Source: Erysipelothrix larvae (lineage in GTDB: Bacteria; Bacillota_I; Bacilli_A; Erysipelotrichales; Erysipelotrichaceae). Taken from it: DNA of 32,000 bases. A program made the position numbers and the translations under genes. How positions within the stretch are numbered: the stretch's first letter is position 1; the number at the start of each line of letters is the position of its first letter. Positions 16,533-24,275 of this stretch are shown piece by piece. The notes under the pieces are model-generated. The model made no database searches. It was not told the origin of the DNA and saw only the letters and a program-made list of their open reading frames with translations. The DNA lies in contig NZ_CP013213.1 in the NCBI RefSeq assembly GCF_001545095.1, positions 2,310,001 to 2,342,000 of the forward strand. Reading direction: 5' to 3'.

Positions 16533-18788
16533 ATGACACAAACATTAAAACTTATCGGTATGACCGAAAACAATCTAAAGCATTTAGACTTAGAAATTGA
16601 GAAAAACAAAATTACTGTATTTACAGGCGTCTCTGGATCAGGTAAATCATCCATTGTTTTTGATACGATTGCGAATGAAGCAACGCGTCAAATGAATCAA
16701 ACGTATTCAGCATTTATACAAGGCTTTCTACCTAAGTTTGAAAAACCACATGTTGATTCCATTGAAAACCTTAATCCTGCAATTATCATTGATCAAAAAA
16801 GGTTGGGAGGAAACTCTCGTTCTACCTTAGGAACCATCACTGATATTAATGCGCACTTACGCTTGTTATTTTCACGAATCGCAATACCCTCTATAGGTGC
16901 CGGTCATGTTTACTCATTCAATGATCCCCATGGCATGTGTTCTGAATGCGAAGGCATTGGGAAAATAGTACGGCCACGTTTTGAAAAACTCATTGATATG
17001 ACCAAATCACTGAACGATGGAGCTATTCTTTTTCCCCAATTTGATACACAATCATGGTACTTCCAAGTATATAAATCTACGGGTTGGTTTGATATGGATC
17101 TTCCACTCAATCAATTTCCTGAAGATAAGCTTCAGCTGTTATTATATGGTGAAAGTCAAAAGGTCACAATTCAAGGACTCTTTGGAGATAAACCTTCTAA
17201 AATGGAATATCAAGGCGTGATTACTCGGTTTAAGAAAAGTTTTATCCAAAGAGATTTAAGTGAGCACTCAAAGAAAACACAAGAACTACTCCAAGCATAC
17301 ACTGAATATTCGTCATGTGATGTATGTCATGGAACACGCTACAACGAAAAGGTATTAAATTCTAGGATTGATGGCAGAAACATCTTTGATGTCACAGACC
17401 TTGAACTCCATGACTTAAAGCCATTTCTAGAAACCTGTATGAACTATGCAGAAGTGAAACCCATCGTCCAAGAAGCGTTAAATCGTGTCAATCAACTGAT
17501 TGCGATGAATCTGGGTTATCTTACTTTAACACGTGAAACAAGTACTTTATCGGGTGGAGAATCACAACGCGTTAAAATGATGAAACACTTATCAAGCAGT
17601 CTTAATGGTTTATTGTATATCTTTGATGAACCCAGTGTTGGCCTTCACCCTCGTGATGTACAAAACCTGAATCATATGTTACGAGGGCTTAGAGACAAAG
17701 GAAATACGGTTCTTGTTGTTGAACATGACCGTGATGTAATTAAGGTCGCAGATACGATTGTTGACATCGGACCTCACGCTGGCTCACATGGTGGTGAAAT
17801 CTGTTATCACGGGGATTATAATGGGTTTCTATCATCAAATACCTTAACAGGCACCTTCATCAAGCACCTACCAGAATTTAAATCAACACCTCGTCAATAC
17901 ACTTCGTGTTTTACGTTAGAACACTGTACAACAAATAACTTAAAAAATATAACGGTAGCCATTCCAAAGAATGTTTTGACAGTTGTAACCGGTGTTGCTG
18001 GTTCTGGAAAATCATCGTTGATCCATCAAGAATTTCTCAATAAATATCCAGAAAGTATCGTGGTGGACCAAAAGCCATTAAGAGCATCACCCCGTTCCAA
18101 CCTTATGACATATACAAGTATGTTTGATAAAGTTAGAGATCTTTATGCAAAAGAGAATCATGTGGAGAAATCATTGTTTAGCTTTAACTCTAAAGGAAAA
18201 TGTCCACAGTGTGAGGGACGAGGCGTGATTTATACCGATCTTGCTTTCATGGAAGGTGTCTCAACAGTATGTCCTGAATGCGAAGGAAGACGCTATGATA
18301 ATGCAGTACTCCAGTATAAATATAAAGGCAAAGACATCACAGAAATCAGCAATCTCACAGTAGAGGATGCATTGGAGTTCTTCGTTACACCATCAATCGT
18401 GAAGATTTTGAAAACACTCATGGATGTTGGGGTTCATTACCTTACTTTAGGTCAACCCCTTGATACACTCTCTGGTGGTGAGTGTCAGCGAATTAAGCTT
18501 GCCAGTGAATTGCATCGAAGTGGAAACATCTATATTCTTGATGAACCCACAACAGGTCTCCATATGTCCGATATCGAACAATTCATGAAGATCATTGACC
18601 ATTTGGTTGATAATGGCAGTACAGTAATCATTATTGAGCACAGCGTTGAAGTCATGCGGCATGCAGATTATCTCATAGATTTAGGCCCACAAGCAGGATC
18701 TGAAGGTGGAGAAATCGTGTATGAAGGCATTCCAATTCATATCAGCACCAGTACACGATCGATTACGAAAGAATACATTACCGACTGA
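16533..18788 (+). CDS. UvrA-like ABC ATPase paralogue (short, class II/UvrA2/DrrC-like)
   Basis: 751 aa. Two ABC modules: GVSGSGKSS...LSGGESQRV...IFDEPSVGLH and GVAGSGKSS...LSGGECQRIKL...YILDEPTTGLH. Zn-module cysteines CSECEG, CDVCHG, CPQCEG, CPECEG. Canonical UvrA is about 940-960 aa. Confidence 0.85.
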   Translation: MTQTLKLIGMTENNLKHLDLEIEKNKITVFTGVSGSGKSSIVFDTIANEATRQMNQTYSAFIQGFLPKFEKPHVDSIENLNPAIIIDQKRLGGNSRSTLGTITDINAHLRLLFSRIAIPSIGAGHVYSFNDPHGMCSECEGIGKIVRPRFEKLIDMTKSLNDGAILFPQFDTQSWYFQVYKSTGWFDMDLPLNQFPEDKLQLLLYGESQKVTIQGLFGDKPSKMEYQGVITRFKKSFIQRDLSEHSKKTQELLQAYTEYSSCDVCHGTRYNEKVLNSRIDGRNIFDVTDLELHDLKPFLETCMNYAEVKPIVQEALNRVNQLIAMNLGYLTLTRETSTLSGGESQRVKMMKHLSSSLNGLLYIFDEPSVGLHPRDVQNLNHMLRGLRDKGNTVLVVEHDRDVIKVADTIVDIGPHAGSHGGEICYHGDYNGFLSSNTLTGTFIKHLPEFKSTPRQYTSCFTLEHCTTNNLKNITVAIPKNVLTVVTGVAGSGKSSLIHQEFLNKYPESIVVDQKPLRASPRSNLMTYTSMFDKVRDLYAKENHVEKSLFSFNSKGKCPQCEGRGVIYTDLAFMEGVSTVCPECEGRRYDNAVLQYKYKGKDITEISNLTVEDALEFFVTPSIVKILKTLMDVGVHYLTLGQPLDTLSGGECQRIKLASELHRSGNIYILDEPTTGLHMSDIEQFMKIIDHLVDNGSTVIIIEHSVEVMRHADYLIDLGPQAGSEGGEIVYEGIPIHISTSTRSITKEYITD

Positions 18789-18801
18789 GTCATCAAGAAC
18801 C

Positions 18802-18838
18802 AAAAAAGTGCGAACCAATATAAAGGGTTCGCACTTTT
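18802..18838. terminator. Bidirectional terminator between the uvrA-like gene and rplA
   Basis: AAAAAA-GTGCGAACC-loop-GGTTCGCAC-TTTT, with A and T runs on both sides. Confidence 0.7.
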
Positions 18839-18888
18839 CATAATATCTAAAAAAACAAGAAGACTGGATCATCTTCTTGTTTGATTTA

Positions 18889-19575
18889 TTAACGTTCGAT
18901 GTTTAATTTGATACCAGGACCCATTGATGTAGAAAGTACTAGATTCTTAATGAATGCACCTTTTACAGCAGCTGGACGTGCCTTAACGATTGTATCGTGG
19001 ATTGCTTTGTAGTTTTCTTGTAAAGCTTCATCAGTGAATGATAATTTACCGATCATAACATTAATGTTACCATCTTTGTCAACACGGTATTCAACTTTAC
19101 CTTTTTTGATTTCTTCAACAGCTTTTGCAACATCCATTGTTACAGTTCCTGTTTTAGGGTTAGGCATTAAACCTTTAGGTCCTAATACACGCCCCAATTT
19201 ACCAAGCTCACCCATCATATCTGGAGTTGCTACGATAACATCAAATTCAAACCATCCTTTTTGGATGTCTTCAAGGATTTCTTTACCACCCACAAAATCT
19301 GCACCTGCATCTTTTGCTTCTTGTTCTTTAGCACCTTGAGTTACTACTAATACTTTTTGTGAACGACCTGTACCATTTGGTAGTACCATAGCACCACGGA
19401 TTTGTTGGTCAGCATGACGAGGGTCAACATTCAAGAAGAATGATACTTCAACAGCTGGGTCGAATTTTACGAAATTTGCTTCACGTGCAATTTTTAATGC
19501 GTCTTGAACTGGATATGATTGAGTACGATCAACTAGCTCAAGAACTTTTTTACGATTCTTTGAAATTTTAGCCAT
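18889..19575 (-). CDS. rplA: 50S ribosomal protein L1
   Basis: 228 aa. [10 protein letters not shown]...FDPAVEVSF...DQQIRG...[22 protein letters not shown] is unmistakably L1. Confidence 0.95.
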
Positions 19576-19577
19576 GT

Positions 19578-20003
19578 TTACTTACCTTCATACCCTTCTA
19601 TTTTAATACCCATATTCTTTGCAGTTCCAGCAATGATTGCCATTGCTCCTTCAATATCAACTGCGTTTAAGTCTGGCATTTTGTATTCTGCAACTTCGCG
19701 TAGTTGGTCTACAGTAATTGTAGCAACAACTTGTTTGCTCGGTGTTGCAGCACCTGATGGTACACCAGCAACACGCTTCAACATAACAGCAGCAGGTGTA
19801 GTTTTTAATACAAAGTTAAATGATTTATCGTCATATACTGTAATTTCAACAGGTACGATATCATTTCCACGTTCACGACTTGCATCGTTAAACGCTGAAC
19901 AGAACTGAGGCATATTGATCCCAACACCAGCTAATGCAGGTCCAGGTCTTGCGCCACCAGCAGGGAATTGTAATTTAACAATTCTTGCAATTCTTTTACT
20001 CAC
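19578..20003 (-). CDS. rplK: 50S ribosomal protein L11
   Basis: The true start is GTG at 20003 ([26 protein letters not shown]...), preceded by AAGGAGGAA. The ORF-track extension to 20072 is upstream read-through. Confidence 0.95.
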
Positions 20004-20288
20004 ACGACATTCCTCCTTTTTTTGATTGTCTGTGATGTGGTAAGCGAATGATTGCACATTCTCCCACAACAAAAAGCCCCTAAAGGCTTATTTATTATAC
20101 ACAATTGTAGGGCTAATGTCTAGTATCCTAGCACGCAAATTCAACCTTTTACTTGTCTAATATAACTTGTAAAATATTGCTCATTAAGTGCATATTAGAC
20201 AGTTAGTGCGCATTTAATTGCGTGTTTAAGTAAATACTATGCATTGATCCTTCACAAAATAACTGACTTCTTCACTTAAAAATGCTTC

Positions 20289-21345
20289 TTAAGAAAACTC
20301 TGACCACCGCATCGTTGCTTGTTTTACTTCCTCGATGATGCGTAAGGCATGATGTTGACTTATATTCATTGCTCGCGCTGACTGTAATAAATCTTCTATA
20401 TTGAATTGACTTCTCTTACCATTTATCACCATCTGATGCATCGCTGTCCAAGTACCATTGGGATTGTAAGCAATGGTTACATCATAAGCAGGAAATAAAG
20501 ACCACGTTCCCCTTCGATCCTTTACGAAAGAAATATTCTCAACGTGATCATCTTGATTTCGACACATAATATTAAACACCATTCTCTTATAAAAACTGCT
20601 CGACTTCTCTTTGCTTCAACCCAATTTGAGTCATAGCAAAAGCCGCCTGTTCATAGCTTAACGTCCCTGGTTCATTATAATCACGATGCATCAATGCTCC
20701 TAAGGTTTGCACATGTACTTTTTGAATTTTCTCATCTTCTGATTCAATGCGACCAAAGCGTTTTGTCATAAAGTGATTATAATGCTCTTTCTTCAACAAT
20801 CGCGACTCGCTCATGTCAATACCCGAGGCTAGCAACATACGGTAATAGACATATTCAATTCGAGTATGTGACGTTTCTTCTTTTTGATCCACGCCACCAA
20901 GTTTTAATATCCAATAAGAGAAACCTATTCCTGCAGTTATTTGTCCAGACTTAATCTCTCCCGTTTGTTCATTATATGCTATGATTGCTTTTGCTCTAGC
21001 TCCTCCTGCTGAGATACCAACGCTGATAATTTCGTTGATACTATCTTTAACTTGTTTTGATATTCCTTCCTTATGATTTAATAGTTGATTACTTAACTCG
21101 ACTCATTGATTAATTTCAATTACTTCTGCTGTTTGCAGCGAGCCAAGTATTAATTAAAGCATTTCCATATCGATCTGGAAGAGAATCTGAGAGCAACCCA
21201 GGCAAACCCTTGAAGCTGTTTAAAGAAAGCGATTTGAATTCATATATAATATTTGATAAAGGCATCATAAGGGGAGCAACATTGATTTTACTCTCAACAA
21301 ATTACCGATAATTCCACCACTATTGCGCAATATATTACCAGTTTA
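20289..21345 (-). pseudogene. HipA-family Ser/Thr kinase toxin gene, disrupted by several frameshifts/stops
   Basis: Four HipA-like pieces lie in different frames.
(1) About 21345-21290: ...IKLVIYCAIVVELSVIC*, with no ATG.
(2) 21298-21116: VESKINVAPLMMPLS...FKGLPGLLSDSLPDRYGNALINTWL...*.
(3) 21102-20587: ...SVGISAGGARAKAIIAYNEQTGEI...ILKLGGVDQKEE...QTLGALMH...EQFL*.
(4) 20582-20289: MVFNIMCRNQDDHVENISF...
No hipB-like HTH ORF lies upstream. Confidence 0.75.
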
Positions 21346-21400
21346 ATATGAATCTTATTCTATATTTTTTCGTGTTATCATGTGATGAATTCTAAAAAAT

Positions 21401-21446
21401 AAAAACCAAATTATCCGCGCATACTTATCGCAACATAATTTGGTTA
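21401..21446 (-). terminator. Rho-independent terminator of purC
   Basis: On the minus strand, AACCAAATTA...TAATTTGGTT stem (large loop) followed by TTTTTATTTTTT, about 10 nt after the purC stop. Confidence 0.55.
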
Positions 21447-21456
21447 TCATCTTTAT

Positions 21457-22137
21457 TTAGGCAATCTTTTCCAACAACATCGTTGCGCAATCAATTTGAT
21501 TTGGAATATTTCCTGCTTCGTCTTTTATTCTCCATATATCAGGTGTAATCTCATCAACTACATAGATATTTCCAGAGGCATCAAAGCCAAGCTCAATTTT
21601 GAAATCTAATAAGGTGTATCCAAACCCTTCAATTTCTGCACGTAATACATCACCCACCCGAACCAACAGTTCCAGTGCTTGATCATACTGTCCAGGTTTC
21701 AGCAAGCCCTTCATTACGCAGATCCGTTCGTTAATTACTGGATCCCCTTGAATGTCATCTTTTAATGTAACTTCTGTATAGGGTGGATTAAATGGAATGC
21801 CTTCCTCAAGCGTAAAACGTCGGCACATGCTTCCTGCAGTGTAATAACGTAACACAAACTCAAGCGGTGGTACTGTTAGTTGACGCACCTTCATTAATCC
21901 GTTCTCTAAATCTGAATCAAGATAATGTGTTGGAATGTTGTTTTTCTCCATCAACTCAAAGAAATAGCTGGTTATTTTAAGCCCAACTTTCCCTTTTCCT
22001 TCAACACTACCACCTACAGAGTTAGAACCTGGGTCAAATACTCCATTTTCACCCGTTGCACTATCCTTAAAGAACAAATATACATGCTCATCATCTGTCA
22101 AAACATTTTTCGTTTTTCCTTCATATAAGACTCTCAT
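21457..22137 (-). CDS. purC: Phosphoribosylaminoimidazole-succinocarboxamide (SAICAR) synthase
   Basis: 226 aa. MRVLYEGKTKNV..., LEFVLRYYTAGS and LLDFKIELG are typical PurC motifs. AAAAGGAGAA RBS upstream. Confidence 0.85.
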   Translation of the reverse strand: MRVLYEGKTKNVLTDDEHVYLFFKDSATGENGVFDPGSNSVGGSVEGKGKVGLKITSYFFELMEKNNIPTHYLDSDLENGLMKVRQLTVPPLEFVLRYYTAGSMCRRFTLEEGIPFNPPYTEVTLKDDIQGDPVINERICVMKGLLKPGQYDQALELLVRVGDVLRAEIEGFGYTLLDFKIELGFDASGNIYVVDEITPDIWRIKDEAGNIPNQIDCATMLLEKIA

Positions 22138-22249
22138 AGTTTCTCCTTTTTCCTAAACCACAGTAACTATGATAGCATAAACGAATATTATTGTGTGTAG
22201 AACCCTGAAAAAAAACGCGTGTATCAATTAATTATTTGTATAATCAAGA

Positions 22250-22564
22250 CTATTTTGAGACGGAACTAATACGTTGCACCTTAAATTTCACATTTAAATA
22301 GCAGTACCCCTTAGCTAACATAAACAGTGAAAGTGGTACAAACACCACCCCAAAAGCAATCATTACCCAATTGGAACGGTTAATTCCAGTGATCATATTA
22401 TAAAAACCAATTATGAACAATGTTACCGACATTAACGTCAGACTATACAGTAATCCAACGTATTTGTAAAAGCTCTTTTTGGTCATAAAGTCCTTTACAG
22501 TAGAAAACCGTCCAAAGACAACTAAATCAGAGAGTAAATCAACCAGAAATTCAAATATATCCAT
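22250..22564 (-). CDS. Small membrane protein (2-3 TM), unknown function
   Basis: The ORF track starts at TTG 22603. ATG 22564 (MDIFEFLVDLL...) is preceded by GAGGATG and is preferred. Confidence 0.55.
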   Translation of the reverse strand: MDIFEFLVDLLSDLVVFGRFSTVKDFMTKKSFYKYVGLLYSLTLMSVTLFIIGFYNMITGINRSNWVMIAFGVVFVPLSLFMLAKGYCYLNVKFKVQRISSVSK

Positions 22565-22661
22565 CGTAACATCCTCAGTATTTTTTCTTATCTTATAAAT
22601 CAACTATACCATTATTCAAAAACTGATGCATGAACCATCATGCGTTTTTATAAAAAATGCA

Positions 22662-22855
22662 TGGCCTACTGTGGTAGTGTTCACACCATCACTAATAAGT
22701 CCTAGGTCGAATGATCATACGTGTCCCTGATTGGTAGCGCCTTCGTGAAGAATCTTACAGAAATGCTTAAAGGTGTGCTTGAATGGTTTTGTCCGTGTGG
22801 ACCTATGGGTACGAAATTACACGTCAGCGCAATCGATTGGGTTTTGCAGAGGTTG
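22662..22855. ncRNA. Candidate structured RNA or leader element (unclassified; strand undetermined)
   Basis: No ORF of 60 aa or more on either strand across 22604-22998. By hand count about 45% G+C over 22661-22860, against about 17% for a typical spacer sample (661-720).

Pairings found by eye:
- 22665-22671 with 22847-22852
- 22700-22708 with 22800-22809
- local hairpin GTCC-GTGT-GGAC at 22791-22802

The block is bracketed by terminator-like hairpins at 22624-22650 and 22859-22877. Confidence 0.3.
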
Positions 22856-22912
22856 TTCAAAAAAAAGGCAGAAGCCTAAGTAAACAAGCTTAAAAAGCGA
22901 CAGTAAAATCAG

Positions 22913-22957
22913 AAAAAAAAACGGTAGATCAGGTGCGTCGCCTTCATCTACCGTTTT
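22913..22957 (-). terminator. Strong rho-independent terminator of the ABC importer operon (also usable on the + strand)
   Basis: AACGGTAGAT...ATCTACCGTT 10-bp stem, with a 9-nt U-run on the minus-strand transcript and TTTT on the plus strand. Confidence 0.7.
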
Positions 22958-22998
22958 ACTTTACTCACCGTAAACACCGTGAGTTTTTGTTTATTTAA

Positions 22999-24258
22999 TT
23001 ATTCTCCAGCCCAAAGTGATTCAATTGTGGATTGGTATGATGCTAATGTTGATTCTAAGTCAATGTTTGGTTGACTTAAGATATCTTCCATCATTACTGA
23101 GATTTCATTGTATACTGCATTTGCATTCGCAGGAATTGTGAACATATTTGAAGTGATTTCTTTTGCGATTGGTGCAATCATGCTATCCAAGCTTGTATAT
23201 GCATCACTTTCAATAACACTTGTTCTTACAGGAAGATATCCTGTGTTTTCAGCCCAGTATAATGTTGATTCAGCGGATGTTAGGAAATCCATGTAAAGGA
23301 ATGCCGCTGTTTTTTGTTCAGGTGTTGCATTTGCGAACATGAAGTTATCAGTACCTTGTTGGATTCCTTTTTCTACAGGAACTGCAACAGCACCTGGAGT
23401 AAATTTACCTTCAGCACCACTCTTAACATATGTTTCACCAGCAGTTGAACCGATGTTCATAGCGATTAATTCATTACCAAATGGTCCTGATAGATATTTA
23501 TCACTACCTGCAATTCTTAGGTATCCACCTTTGATTCCATCAAGATACATGTTAATTACTTCTACTGAGTCAGCTGATGTTACATCGAGTGTATCGTCAA
23601 GTTTATGACCACGGTTAATCATTTGAGTTACATAATAGTTATTGAGTGAGTCAAATCCACCACCAACAACTGCCCCATTTGATTTTTCCGCAACAGTTTT
23701 TGCTGCAGCAAGGAAATCGTCGAATGTAGTTGGTGCCTCGATTCCATATTCTTCAAAAATATCTGAGTTATAGAACAATGCTTCTGATGATTTATTGAAT
23801 GGTAAACCATATTGAACATCATTAATTTTAGCACCGTCCATAAAACCTTGAATAATGTCACTTACATCTTCAATACCAATTACGCTGTTTGTAATATACG
23901 GTGTAAGGTCTTGTAGAAGTCCGTCTTGCGCTGCATCATAGAACCAGTTTGTATACCCTTGAGTAATTGTTGGTAAGTTCGCTGGGCTTGCCATTGTTGC
24001 TGTTAACTTTTGTGACAAGTCCGCGTATGATGATTGATTTTGCAATACAATTGTAATGTTTTCGTTTGCTGCATTAAAATCATTAGTTAATTTAGTTAAT
24101 GCTTCTTCTTGAGCACCATTCATTGCATGCCAGTAAATTACTTCAACTGGTTCAGTAATTTCAGTAACAATACTTTCGTCGTCTTTGCTTCCTGTTCCAT
24201 TTGAACATCCAACAATTAACATAAGTGCAAGCACGCTTGCTAATAATTTCTTAAACAT
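22999..24258 (-). CDS. ABC transporter substrate-binding lipoprotein (family 1 / CUT1, UgpB/MalE-like)
   Basis: The start is set at ATG 24258 (MFKKLLASVLALMLIVGCSNG, with lipobox LIVGC), preceded by AAAGGAGAA. The ORF-track extension to 24366 overlaps the upstream gene. Confidence 0.85.
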   Translation of the reverse strand: MFKKLLASVLALMLIVGCSNGTGSKDDESIVTEITEPVEVIYWHAMNGAQEEALTKLTNDFNAANENITIVLQNQSSYADLSQKLTATMASPANLPTITQGYTNWFYDAAQDGLLQDLTPYITNSVIGIEDVSDIIQGFMDGAKINDVQYGLPFNKSSEALFYNSDIFEEYGIEAPTTFDDFLAAAKTVAEKSNGAVVGGGFDSLNNYYVTQMINRGHKLDDTLDVTSADSVEVINMYLDGIKGGYLRIAGSDKYLSGPFGNELIAMNIGSTAGETYVKSGAEGKFTPGAVAVPVEKGIQQGTDNFMFANATPEQKTAAFLYMDFLTSAESTLYWAENTGYLPVRTSVIESDAYTSLDSMIAPIAKEITSNMFTIPANANAVYNEISVMMEDILSQPNIDLESTLASYQSTIESLWAGE

Positions 24259-24275
24259 CGTGTGTATTTTCTCCT

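Noticed and set aside
20004-20100. The rplK leader as an L1-binding autoregulatory mRNA structure.
   Set aside because: I could not identify the 23S-like L1 binding mimic by eye. Only a weak 4-5 bp hairpin with a U-run is visible, so there is not enough to call it.
20289-21345. The HipA-like ORFs 20289..20582 and 20587..20892 as two functional small proteins or an active toxin-antitoxin pair.
   Set aside because: They are consecutive fragments of one HipA kinase, separated by a stop and a frameshift. Further N-terminal fragments lie in other frames, and there is no antitoxin.
22700-22830. Local resemblances inside the GC-rich block to a T-box core (TTGGTAGCGCC), guanidine-III (CGTACCC...GGTCC...ACGGACAAAAC on the minus strand) and the SRP RNA domain IV (AGGTCC...GGA).
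   Set aside because: In each case only a few nucleotides match. The T-box orientation has no downstream gene. The guanidine-III-like stretch lies about 200 nt from a membrane protein that is not SMR-like. The SRP GGAAGGAAGCAGC core is absent. The block is reported only as unclassified.
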